Shown: in pieces, positions 1 through 10,899 of the stretch
Position numbering within the stretch: the stretch's first letter is position 1
How the letters are laid out: each line of letters begins with the position of its first letter
Source: Opitutales bacterium
Lineage (GTDB): Bacteria; Verrucomicrobiota; Verrucomicrobiia; Opitutales; Coraliomargaritaceae
NCBI GenBank assembly: GCA_049598495.1
Contig: JBMYNR010000014.1
Location: forward strand, 1-41,654
Direction: 5' to 3'
Length of the DNA: 41,654 nt
Notes under the pieces: model-generated
Seen by the model: only the letters and a program-made list of their open reading frames with translations
Database searches by the model: none
Told to the model about the DNA's origin: nothing
Position numbers and translations under genes: made by a program

Positions 1-158
1 TCCACGCGAAAATTTGCAACCGCTCACGTGAGCACCGTCAACCTAAAAGGCGCGGTGGTTGTCCGAAATCCGTTCTTCCAAATGATAGGCTAGACAAACA
101 AAGCATTTTAAACCTTACGGTGGCTTGCTGTTTATCATCCAACCCAAACAAACAAACT

Positions 159-1501
159 ATGTTCGCACTTGAAATTGTCTTATTTATTGTCGCCGTTGTC
201 GGCGTGATTGCCCTCGGTATCTGGAAGAGCCGGGACGAAGAGCTAAAAGGTGAAAAAGGCGCCACCGATTACTTTCTCGCGGGTCGCGGTCTGACCTGGT
301 GGGTGGTCTGAAAGCCTGTGCATGGACCGACCTGATCTGGGGTGCGGCTCTCATCGTCGGGGGCGCGATCGTCATGGTGCTGGCGTTTAATGTGCTCGCG
401 GAGAAGCCAGCAGAGGAGTTGATTCTCACCAAGGTGGCCAACTCCGAAGCCACGGTCGAGATGATTGAAGAAGCCGGACCCTGGGAGCGTTTCATGCTTT
501 TGAACGACGGGGTCGAAGGTGAGGCCGTGGCACAAAACGGACCAAACGGTTCGGGCGGTAAACTACACATGATCCGCCCCAAGGAGGACTCCGATATCCC
601 GTGGACGGCCCTTCTGATTGGGCTCTGGATCCCGAACTTCTTCTATTGGGGCCTGAATCAGTATATCGTCCAGCGAACGTTGGGTTCGAAATCGCTGGCG
701 GAGGGGCAGAAGGGTATCGTCTTCGCCGCCTTCCTCAAACTGCTCATTCCCTTCGTCGTGGTGATACCGGGTATCCTGGCCTACAATCTCTTCAGTGGCG
801 ACCTCCTCAATGCGTCGACGGGCGAATATGACTACGACCGGGCCTTCCCTGTGCTCGTGCGCAACTTGATCCAGCCGCTGCCGTGGATTTCCTGGTTCGT
901 GCTCGCCGCCTTAAGTGGTGCCGTCATCAGCTCGCTGGCCTCGATGCTCAATTCTGCCTCGACCATCGCGACGATGGACCTCTACTCCAAGTTCACCAAG
1001 GAGAAGGATCCGGCCAAGCTGGTGAAAGTCGGGCGTTTCTTTGTCGTGCTCTTTGTCGTCCTTGCGGGGCTTGTTGCACCGGTGCTCGATAACTTCACGA
1101 GTATTTTCGCCTACATTCAGGAGTTCCAGGGCTTCATCTCGCCGGGTATTCTCGCAGTCTTTATCTTCGGCTTTTTCTCGCCGAAGACGCCACGCTACTT
1201 CGGCGCGGTGGGTATCGGCCTAAATGTGGTCTCCTATGGTGCCTTCAAATGGTTAATTGGTCCATGGCTGGTCTCCAACGGTTGGTGGTATGCTGACCAG
1301 ATCGCCTTCCTCGACCGCATGGCCATCTGCTTCTTTATTGTGCTGAGCGCAGGTCTCCTGCTCACGATCCTCAGGCCGATGCAGGCACCTGTCGAAATGC
1401 CGGTCAACGACGAGATCGCTCTGGAGAGCTCTTCCGGTGCCAAGATCGTTGGCGTCGGCGTGGTCATCGCGACAATCGCGCTCTACGCGGCTTTCTGGTA
1501 A
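159..1501 (+). pseudogene. Sodium:solute symporter (SSS/SLC5, sugar-type), disrupted by an internal deletion with frameshift
   Basis: The 159..311 frame encodes the SSS N-terminus (TM1, then DYFLAGRGLTWW) and stops at TGA 309-311. The 299..1501 frame resumes at GGLKACAWTDLIWG and carries FFYWGLNQYIVQRTLG and SSLASMLNSASTI. The intervening TM segments of the family are absent. Confidence 0.8.
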
Positions 1502-1522
1502 GCAGCAGAGTCGCATTCTTTC

Positions 1523-1555
1523 AAAAAGGTCGGGCCAGGGTGCCCGGCCTTTTTT
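1523..1555. terminator. Intrinsic terminator, probably bidirectional
   Basis: AAAAAGGTCGGGC-cagggt-GCCCGGCCTTTTTT, just downstream of the SSS stop codon. Confidence 0.85.
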
Positions 1556-1644
1556 GTGCGAACCATCCAATGCCCCGATGGAATCTTTGAATAACGAGTC
1601 TGATTGACTCGACGCGGGTTCGATTCGTGTGAAAGTAAACGCCC

Positions 1645-3627
1645 ATGCATGCCGCATCCATCAACCGAAAAAAAGGTCCTGCCGTCGTATGCCGGGATGC
1701 GGCCAAATGCGATGACTTGGATCTACGACTCTCAAAAATGTGGCTGCGGATCGCGATCGCGGGGGTTTTTGCCGGTCAGGGCATGATGTTCTCATTGGCC
1801 CTCAATATGACGCCGCCAGCTTATGGATCGACTGCCTACTGGATCCTCCACGGCGGCCTCATCTTCTCTAGCCTCGTCGTGATGGCCTTCCTCGGGGGGC
1901 CGCTCTTTGTTTCTACATGGAATATGCTCCGAAGAAGGCGCCTTTCGATTGAAGGCCTCTTCACCCTGAGCTTGGTTGGCGCCTTCACGGGATCGGTCGT
2001 CGGATCGGTTTCCGGGCGGGGGGACGTGTTTTACGAGGTCGTTGCCGTTGTCATCGCGATCTATACTTTTGGGCGAATCCTGAGCGAGCGTTCAACTGCG
2101 AGATTACAAATGGAGAGCGCACGTTTAAGAGAACGCTTCGATCACGCGAAGATTCGCGATGCGGGTGGCGCATGGCAGCGTGTTTCACTCTCCGAAGTCT
2201 CTGTCGGTGCGACTGTCCGAATCGAACCGGGCGAGGCCATCACGGTTGATGGCGCGGTTGTGGAAGGGGAGGGTTACGTGCAGGAAACTGCCCTTTCAGG
2301 AGAACCGTTACCTGTAGTGAAACGGGCGGGGGATTACGTTCGGGCCGGCACTCATACGATTGACTGCCGACTTGAGGTTGAAGTTCAACAAACGAAGGGT
2401 CAGCGGGAAATTGACAGTATTATCGGGATCGTCGAATCCACGGATGGGCGACCCTCCGAACTACAGACCCAAGCGAATGCCTTGATTCAGAAATTCCTGC
2501 CCCTCGTTGTGGGGGTTTCGCTGACGACATTCGTTTTTTGGGCGTTCGCCGGCATCTGGATCGATGCCGTCCTCAACAGTATGGCTGTGCTTCTTGTCGC
2601 TTGTCCCTGTGCGCTCGGTCTTGCAACCCCGGTTGCCATCTCGCAGGGTCTCTATCGATTGGCACGGCTTGGCCTTGTTAGCCGCGACGGTGCACTGATC
2701 GATGTTTTGGCACACACACGAAACGTGTTTTTTGATAAGACCGGAACTCTCAGTGAGGGGCATCTTCGGGTCACGGAGACTCGCTTTGTTGAGGCGCTAC
2801 CCATTCCGCGCGAGACGGTGCTGGCCTCGATCCATCATGTGGAATCACCCCTGAATCATCCCGTTGCTCAGGGACTCAGTCGCTATATCGAGTCTTTGAA
2901 TTTGGAACTTCGGGAAGCGGTGGGGTCGAATCTTCGCCTGATCCCAGGCCAAGGTCTTGAGTTTAGGCTGGGCGATATACAGGTGCAGGTAGGCGAGGGC
3001 AGCCTCGCAGAAAGAGCCGATGATTTGAAGGCGTTAACGGGGCAACTGCGCGAAAGGACAGGGAAGCGGGTTTTCGTATTCATGGACGGACGGGCCGTTG
3101 TGTGTTTTGTTCTTAGGGAACGACTGCGTGATGGGGTCGGTGAAATATGGCCCCGCCTGCAGGGACTGGGGTTAAAAATGAAGGTCCTGACCGGTGATCC
3201 GGATCCCCAACTTTTGCTACCACCGGGGGTCGAGCTGAGGTCGTGTTTGCGGGCGGAGGAAAAGGTTGCTGAAGTCATGCGTTCTAATGAATCGGGCGAG
3301 CTGCCGATCTTCGTTGGTGATGGAATTAATGATGCAGCCGCGATGTCCGTCGCACGAGGCTCGATTGTTATGGATTCGGGAGCCCGTCTCCCTTCGTCTG
3401 TCGCGATGGGTCGTTTGCGAGGGGATTCCATTGCCATTTTGCCTGAGTGCATCTCGCTTGCGCGAAGCACTCATTCACGTCTGCGCGGCAATCTTATCTT
3501 CGCGGTCTCCTATAATATCCTTGGGATCTCTCTGGCCGCGATCGGCTTGCTTCATCCCATCGCGGCCGCGTTCATCATGATCGTTTCGAGTTTTCTCGTT
3601 ACATTTCGAGCGCTGTGCCTTCGATAA
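1645..3627 (+). CDS. ccoI: P1B-type heavy-metal (Cu+) translocating ATPase, CcoI/FixI-like
   Basis: SGEP, ACPC, DKTGT, HP, TGD, GDGIND, YN and MIVSS motifs; lies next to a cbb3 oxidase cluster. The symbol is assigned from context. Confidence 0.85.
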   Translation: MHAASINRKKGPAVVCRDAAKCDDLDLRLSKMWLRIAIAGVFAGQGMMFSLALNMTPPAYGSTAYWILHGGLIFSSLVVMAFLGGPLFVSTWNMLRRRRLSIEGLFTLSLVGAFTGSVVGSVSGRGDVFYEVVAVVIAIYTFGRILSERSTARLQMESARLRERFDHAKIRDAGGAWQRVSLSEVSVGATVRIEPGEAITVDGAVVEGEGYVQETALSGEPLPVVKRAGDYVRAGTHTIDCRLEVEVQQTKGQREIDSIIGIVESTDGRPSELQTQANALIQKFLPLVVGVSLTTFVFWAFAGIWIDAVLNSMAVLLVACPCALGLATPVAISQGLYRLARLGLVSRDGALIDVLAHTRNVFFDKTGTLSEGHLRVTETRFVEALPIPRETVLASIHHVESPLNHPVAQGLSRYIESLNLELREAVGSNLRLIPGQGLEFRLGDIQVQVGEGSLAERADDLKALTGQLRERTGKRVFVFMDGRAVVCFVLRERLRDGVGEIWPRLQGLGLKMKVLTGDPDPQLLLPPGVELRSCLRAEEKVAEVMRSNESGELPIFVGDGINDAAAMSVARGSIVMDSGARLPSSVAMGRLRGDSIAILPECISLARSTHSRLRGNLIFAVSYNILGISLAAIGLLHPIAAAFIMIVSSFLVTFRALCLR

Positions 3628-3677
3628 AAATAGCCCTGCTTATAGTGGGCATTCGGAGAGCTTATTTTTGGACAGAC

Positions 3678-3721
3678 GGATGATGTTTCCGATGAGCACG
3701 GCTGCCATCGCAAACATCTCC
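3678..3721. other. Intergenic inverted repeat / hairpin
   Basis: GATGTTTCCGATG (3682-3694) pairs with CATCGCAAACATC (3706-3718) with one mismatch; no U-tract. Confidence 0.5.
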
Positions 3722-3779
3722 TAGACAGGGCCATGGCGAGTATCCATGCGGTTTAAACGAAGTTTCCGAAAGCGCGATA

Positions 3780-3798
3780 AATGAGACTGAAACTCATT
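3780..3798. promoter_or_regulatory. Palindromic operator resembling a Fur-family box
   Basis: AATGAG-actgaaa-CTCATT. The core TGAGACT-G-AAACTCA resembles the 7-1-7 Fur-type box; it lies ~100 bp upstream of the ACIII operon. Confidence 0.45.
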
Positions 3799-3899
3799 CG
3801 CTCGGGTATGTGGCGTTCTTCTCGATACTGTTTTTAAAAGCCCTGCAAAAAACAATTGCCATGGCTTTTCTGTCCACTTTTAAGAAGTGTCCATTACTG

Positions 3900-4100
3900 A
3901 TGGAAAGCGAATCCAAGATTAACCGAAAGAGATTTTTGAAAATGGCAGGGCTGGCATTTGGTGCGGTTTTTGCCTTTGCAACGGCTTCCGGCCGCAACGC
4001 AAAGACCGGCTCTGGACAGCAGAGTCGATCAGACAAGATGCCGAGGGAGATGTCGCGGGTGCGCACAGCAAAAGGGGCTGTCGTTCGCGAGATCAGCTGA
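3900..4100 (+). CDS. Small protein (66 aa) with a Tat-like signal
   Basis: MESESKINRKRFLKMAGLAFGAVFAFATA: RK-x-FLK followed by a hydrophobic stretch; 40 bp upstream of actA. ATG 3900 is preferred over 3810. Confidence 0.55.
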   Translation: MESESKINRKRFLKMAGLAFGAVFAFATASGRNAKTGSGQQSRSDKMPREMSRVRTAKGAVVREIS

Positions 4101-4140
4101 GTTTGTTGGCTGGGCGCGTTTAATTTTCTGATTACAAGCA

Positions 4141-4794
4141 ATGGCGAATGTATTTCCTAAGTGGGTCAACACGGTCCCAATCAAGGTACTTATTGGTATC
4201 TCTCTTATCGGAACCGCAGTGGTTCTCGGGGTGACTTATTACGCGACACCAAAGTATACACGGGTGGGGTATGCTCCGACGCAGCCGGTTGCCTTCAGTC
4301 ACGAGCTCCACTCCGGGCATCTGGGTATTGACTGCCGCTACTGTCATACCTTTGTCGATCGTTCCGAGCATTCAAACGTGCCAGCGACTCAAGTATGTAT
4401 GACCTGCCACAGTATGGTTCGCAAGGATGATCCTATGTTGGCGCCGGTCCGCGACAGCTATGAGTCCGGCGAACCGATTCCTTGGGTTCGAGTCCACAAG
4501 ACGCCTGACTACGTCTATTTCAATCACGCCGTACATGTAAACCGAGGTATTAGTTGCGTGGAGTGTCATGGCCGTGTCGATCAAATGGAAGTGGTCGAAC
4601 ACACCAAGTCCTTCAGCATGGCCTTCTGTTTGGAATGTCATCGCAATCCTGAGGAATACATCCGTCCGGTGGATCAGGTCTACAATCTGGACTGGGAGCG
4701 TCCGGAAACTGAAGAATATGCGACCGAGGCCGAGGGTTTCGTGCACGACTGGAAGGTGAATCCGCCGCAAAGCTGCTCGGGCTGCCATCGTTAA
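4141..4794 (+). CDS. actA: Alternative complex III pentaheme cytochrome c
   Basis: N-terminal TM helix; five CxxCH motifs (CRYCH, CMTCH, CVECH, CLECH, CSGCH); [10 protein letters not shown] and PDYVYFNH. Confidence 0.93.
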   Translation: MANVFPKWVNTVPIKVLIGISLIGTAVVLGVTYYATPKYTRVGYAPTQPVAFSHELHSGHLGIDCRYCHTFVDRSEHSNVPATQVCMTCHSMVRKDDPMLAPVRDSYESGEPIPWVRVHKTPDYVYFNHAVHVNRGISCVECHGRVDQMEVVEHTKSFSMAFCLECHRNPEEYIRPVDQVYNLDWERPETEEYATEAEGFVHDWKVNPPQSCSGCHR

Positions 4795-4811
4795 ACCAAT
4801 TTACTGAAGCA

Positions 4812-7800
4812 ATGAATAACTCTGATTTTTCAGGTCCACGCTACTGGAAGAGCCTCGATGATCTCGCTGAAACGCCCGCCTTCAAGGATTGGGTTGAGCG
4901 GGAGTTTCCGGCCGGTGCCTCTGAGATGGAAGGCGTCAATCGCCGTCAATTCATGAAGGTGATGGCTGCATCCTTCGGTCTTGCCGGTTTGGGTATGGCA
5001 GGTTGTCGTCGCCCCGAGCAGGTCATTCTGCCATATTCCAAGCAGCCGGAAAATGTCATTCCGGGGATTCCTCTATACTACAGCTCTTCGCAACCGGGTA
5101 TCCGTGAGAATATCCCAGTGATTGTGGAAACCCATTCGGGGCGTCCCACAAAGATTGAGGGTAATCCAAGCTATGAGCCCTTTGGTGGTGCCACGTCCGT
5201 CTACACGCAGGCAAGCATTCTCGATCTATACGATCCTGATCGTGCAACCAGGAGCAGTGTCAGTGAAACCGCGGTCCGCGATCACTTGACGGAGATCCGC
5301 AAGGCGCATACTGAAGATAAGGGAGCTGGGCTCGTCTTTCTCGCTGAGCCGAGTACCTCCCCGAGCCGTGCGGCACTCGCTGCCAAGATCAAGCAAACTT
5401 TCCCTAAGGCGGTTTGGTCGGAATTTTCAGCCATAGACCGGAGTAACTCCGAAAAAGCTGCCAAGGTCGTCTACGGAAAAACGCTTCGCTCCATCCCTGA
5501 TTTCGGCAAAGCCAAGCGTGTTCTCTCTTTAGATGCGGACTTCCTTCACGATGCCGATGGCGCGACTGGGATGGCACGCAGCTTCGTTAAGACCCGCAAA
5601 GTCAAGGACTCGAAGGATGCGGGCAAAATGAGCCGCCTGTATGCGGTCGAAAGCACGATGACATCGACGGGTTCCATGGCGGATCACCGTCTCCGTCTGA
5701 GCAGCAAGCAGATGGGTGCTTTCATCGCTCAGATTGCTGCCGCGCTTGGTGTTGCGCTTCCATCTGCTGCGGCCAAGTCGGCCAAGTCGCTGCAAGTCGA
5801 TGGCAAGTGGGTCGAGGAATGCGCAGCCGATCTTAAGTCCGAAGTAGGCCACTCGCTGGTTGTGGCGGGTGACCATCTCCCGGTATCCGCTCACGCGATT
5901 GTCTTTGCGATCAACGAAGCGCTTTCAGCTCCCGTCAAATATGTCGAACTGGCTGATGCTGAAGCAGGCATCTCAGAAGCGGTTTCCCGTCTGAATGATG
6001 GTTCCGTGAAGAACCTTGTGATTCTTGGGGGCAACCCGGTCTACAATGCACCCGCTGATCTCGACTGGGCCGCAGCGCAAGCAAGGGCCGAAACGAGTGT
6101 TTATTTCGGCTCAGACAAGAATGAGACCGCGAAAGCAGCCAGCCTGACAATTGCCGCATCCCATTATCTCGAGAGCTGGGGCGATGGCCGCACCTTTGAC
6201 GGCGTATTGGTTCCGGTGCAGCCAATGATCGAGCCGCTGTTTCCGACTTTTAATGAGTTGGAAGTCCTCGCGCGTCTTGCCGGTGCGGATGTAAGTGATG
6301 CTTACTCTATTGTTCAGGCGACCTTCAAGGCACAGGGTGGTTCCGATTTTAATAAGTTTCTCAGCGACGGCCTCTTGGAAGGATCGGCCTACAAAGCCGT
6401 CAAGGCCCCATCCGGCGATTATGCCGCCGCGATCGATGCGAGCGAGCTTCAGCTGAGTGACTTGAGTGCTTCGAGTGTCGAAGTGCGCTTCACGGCGAGC
6501 TCCCATGCGGGAGATGGGCGCTATGCGAACAACGGCTGGATGATGGAATGCCCGGATCCCATGACGAAGCTCACTTGGGATAATGCGATCCTTATCAGCC
6601 CCCGCTTGGCAAAAGAACTCGAGGAGCGCGATGGCGTTCAAATCTTCCCGAGTAAAAAGCCGATGAACAAGGACAGCGAGTTCTTCGAAGGCGCCAAAGG
6701 AACTCTTCAAACGAATAAGGCGACATTCAAGCGCGGCAAGGAGCAAGCCGTGGTTGCCGAACTCACCCTCAATGGCCGCATGGTCAAGGCACCGATCCAT
6801 GTGGTGCCAGGTATGGCAAATTACACGGTTGTCCTACCTCTTGGTATGGGCCGCAGAGAAGTAGGACGTGTCGGTCAGGGTGTCGGTTTTGATGCTTACG
6901 CTGTCCGCAATTCCGATGGCCTCTCCGTCGCATCGGGTGCCGCGCTCAAGCTTACTTCCGAGGTCTACGATCTCGCCAATACTCAAGAACACTGGTCCAT
7001 GGAGGGCCGCGCCATCGTTCGAGAAGGCACTGCTGATTATTATAAGAAGCATCCGAACTTCGCGAACAAGATGGGTGTCGAGTCGCACGCACCTGCTAAT
7101 TACGGTAAGGATGACGGCAAGTCGCTTCAGGAGAAGGTCACCAACCAATACCGCGGCAATTCCTCCTACGATCATCCCAAGTTTACGGATCCTCCGCCCA
7201 ACGTTAAAGTCTGGCAGGGCGAGGAGGCTCGCGCCAAGTTCCCCGACGTCCAGCAATGGGGTATGGCGATTGACATGAACAGTTGCACGGGCTGTACCGC
7301 TTGTGTCGTCGCCTGCCAAAGCGAGAACAATATTCCCATTGTTGGTAAGGATCAAACCCTACGCGGGCGTGAAATGCACTGGATGCGGATCGACCGCTAC
7401 TTTTCTGCAGAGAAATACGATCAGGAGGAAGTTCCCGAGGATGTGCAGGTTTCTTTCATGGGCATGATGTGCCAACACTGCGAAAACGCTCCCTGTGAGC
7501 AGGTCTGCCCGGTCAACGCGACCGTCCATGATCGGCAGGGTCTCAACACAATGGCCTACAATCGTTGCGTTGGCACCCGTTACTGTGCGAATAACTGTCC
7601 CTACAAGGTGCGCCGCTTCAATTTCTTCGATTGGAATAAGCGCCAGATTGGTGAGTTCTACAAGGGGCCCCTAGGTCCCGTAGACGAGCCTGAGTTGCAG
7701 AAGATGCAGAAGAATCCTAACGTCACTGTCCGTATGCGTGGCGTCATGGAGAAGTGCACTTATTGCACGCAGCGTATTGAGGCAGCCAAGATCGAGCAGA

Positions 7801-8174
7801 AGCGTCTCGCGAGTGACTCCGGTAACATCAAAATTGCTGACGGCACGATCAAGACAGCCTGCCAACAGGTTTGTCCGACCGATGCGATTACTTTTGGTGA
7901 TGTTTCGGACGTCAATTCGGAGGTCTCTCTGATGAAGGCGAGCGACCGTAATTACTCCGTCCTCGGCTACTTAAATGTCCGCCCCCGCACGACCTACCTC
8001 GCGCGCCTACGGAACCCGAATCCCAAGATGCCTGATGCCTACAAAAAACCGTATGCATATTCCCAATACAAGGAACGCTATGGCTCCAAATCCAAGGGTA
8101 GCAGTGATCACGACAGTAAGAATGGCTCCCATGGCCATTCGCACGTCCACGAAACGACATCTACTGCCCATTAA
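4812..8174 (+). CDS. actB: Alternative complex III subunit B (molybdopterin-oxidoreductase-like domain fused to an Fe-S domain)
   Basis: YWKSL..REFP N-terminus; Tat lipoprotein signal RRQFMK...[15 protein letters not shown]-terminal [35 protein letters not shown] and MEKCTYC. Confidence 0.93.
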   Translation: MNNSDFSGPRYWKSLDDLAETPAFKDWVEREFPAGASEMEGVNRRQFMKVMAASFGLAGLGMAGCRRPEQVILPYSKQPENVIPGIPLYYSSSQPGIRENIPVIVETHSGRPTKIEGNPSYEPFGGATSVYTQASILDLYDPDRATRSSVSETAVRDHLTEIRKAHTEDKGAGLVFLAEPSTSPSRAALAAKIKQTFPKAVWSEFSAIDRSNSEKAAKVVYGKTLRSIPDFGKAKRVLSLDADFLHDADGATGMARSFVKTRKVKDSKDAGKMSRLYAVESTMTSTGSMADHRLRLSSKQMGAFIAQIAAALGVALPSAAAKSAKSLQVDGKWVEECAADLKSEVGHSLVVAGDHLPVSAHAIVFAINEALSAPVKYVELADAEAGISEAVSRLNDGSVKNLVILGGNPVYNAPADLDWAAAQARAETSVYFGSDKNETAKAASLTIAASHYLESWGDGRTFDGVLVPVQPMIEPLFPTFNELEVLARLAGADVSDAYSIVQATFKAQGGSDFNKFLSDGLLEGSAYKAVKAPSGDYAAAIDASELQLSDLSASSVEVRFTASSHAGDGRYANNGWMMECPDPMTKLTWDNAILISPRLAKELEERDGVQIFPSKKPMNKDSEFFEGAKGTLQTNKATFKRGKEQAVVAELTLNGRMVKAPIHVVPGMANYTVVLPLGMGRREVGRVGQGVGFDAYAVRNSDGLSVASGAALKLTSEVYDLANTQEHWSMEGRAIVREGTADYYKKHPNFANKMGVESHAPANYGKDDGKSLQEKVTNQYRGNSSYDHPKFTDPPPNVKVWQGEEARAKFPDVQQWGMAIDMNSCTGCTACVVACQSENNIPIVGKDQTLRGREMHWMRIDRYFSAEKYDQEEVPEDVQVSFMGMMCQHCENAPCEQVCPVNATVHDRQGLNTMAYNRCVGTRYCANNCPYKVRRFNFFDWNKRQIGEFYKGPLGPVDEPELQKMQKNPNVTVRMRGVMEKCTYCTQRIEAAKIEQKRLASDSGNIKIADGTIKTACQQVCPTDAITFGDVSDVNSEVSLMKASDRNYSVLGYLNVRPRTTYLARLRNPNPKMPDAYKKPYAYSQYKERYGSKSKGSSDHDSKNGSHGHSHVHETTSTAH

Positions 8175-8198
8175 TTCCTAACTTGCGAATTCACTAAC

Positions 8199-9700
<1,502 letters not shown>

Positions 9701-9701
<1 letters not shown>

Positions 9702-10231
9702 TGTCTGAAAAATACGGAATGATTGCTTCTTTTCCTGACACACCTTCGTTCTTCCATGCCGCGGAGAAGGTGAGGGACGCCGGTTACAAAAAGTGGGATA
9801 CCTATTCCTCTTTTCCGGTCCACGGTATGCCTGCGGCGCAGGGTCAACCTCGCTCCAAGGTGCCAATCTTTACCTTTCTGGGTGGCATCACAGGGTTCTG
9901 CGTCGGGCTCGCCATGGTCTGGTATATGAACGCCTTCGATTATCCACTGATCGTCCGCGCACAGCCGTTCTTCAGTCCGGTGTTCCCGTTTCCCATTATG
10001 TATGAGTTGACCATCCTGCTCTCCGCATTCGGAACCCTGGGGGGTATGTTCATTACAAATCTTCTTCCGCAGCACTACAACTCGCTCTTCAACAGCGAGC
10101 GTTTTCTGGAGGTTTCTGGAGACCGACTCGTGATCGCGATTGAAGCACGCGATGATCAATACGACCCCGAAGGAACCCGCCGCTTTCTCGAGGAGATTGG
10201 CGGCCGGGATATAGAGGAGGTCTCAGCCTAG
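9701..10231 (+). CDS. actD: Alternative complex III subunit D (DUF3341)
   Basis: [10 protein letters not shown], two TM helices, [14 protein letters not shown] overlap with actC. Confidence 0.9.
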
Positions 10232-10240
10232 GTAAATCTC

Positions 10241-10894
10241 ATGCGCATTTTCTTAGCAATTTACGTATTCGCGATCATCGCGACGGTCTCGATCCTCGGT
10301 TTCCGTGGGTCGACCAGCACCAAGCCGCCGCTTGAGGTCTTCCCTGATATGGATCGCCAGGCGCGCTACAAGCCACAGGCCGAGAATGAGTTCTTCGGAG
10401 ACGGGCGCAATGACCGCCCGATCCCGATCGGCACAGTTGCCCGCGGTGATTACTATAATCAAGTCAAAGTGTTTTCCGCAGATTTCGTAGACAAGCGCCT
10501 CGGCGATTCCGTTTTTAATGACGGCCGCAATCCGGACGGTTCTTTGGTCGAGACAATGCCCCTTGTGCCGACCTACCAACTCATAGAGCAGGGTCAGGAA
10601 AAGTACGAGATCTTCTGTGCGGCCTGTCATGGCTCTGCGGGTGATGGTAACGGTGTGACCAAGCCTTACGGTGTGCTCGCTGCAAGCTATCACACGGACC
10701 TGCTTCGCAATGTCGAAGACGGCCATATCTACGACGTCATTATGAACGGTAAAGGCCTCATGCTTCCCCTTTCTGACCGAATTTCTCCGGAAGAGGCTTG
10801 GTCGATCGTTCTCTATGTTCGCGCCCTTCAACTCTCCCAAAACGCCGATGCTGAGCTCCTCAGTGAAGCACAACGCAGCGCCTTAGGATTATAA
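10241..10894 (+). CDS. actE: Alternative complex III monoheme cytochrome c
   Basis: PDMDRQARYKPQ, GTVARG, CAACHG and a distal Met in GKGLM. Confidence 0.9.
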   Translation: MRIFLAIYVFAIIATVSILGFRGSTSTKPPLEVFPDMDRQARYKPQAENEFFGDGRNDRPIPIGTVARGDYYNQVKVFSADFVDKRLGDSVFNDGRNPDGSLVETMPLVPTYQLIEQGQEKYEIFCAACHGSAGDGNGVTKPYGVLAASYHTDLLRNVEDGHIYDVIMNGKGLMLPLSDRISPEEAWSIVLYVRALQLSQNADAELLSEAQRSALGL

Positions 10895-10899
10895 TTATT

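Noticed and set aside
297..312. Programmed frameshift or TGA (Sec) read-through in the SSS gene
   Set aside because: There is no slippery run, and a frameshift would still give a protein lacking several core TM helices.
1595..1611. CGAGTC-N5-GACTCG palindrome upstream of the ATPase
   Set aside because: A single 6-bp arm pair with no second copy or recognisable consensus; could be chance.
4812..8174. ActB as a true molybdoenzyme served by the adjacent Moco genes
   Set aside because: ActB in characterised ACIIIs binds no Moco, and the N-terminal Fe-S Cys motif is absent; the nitrate reductase explains the Moco genes.
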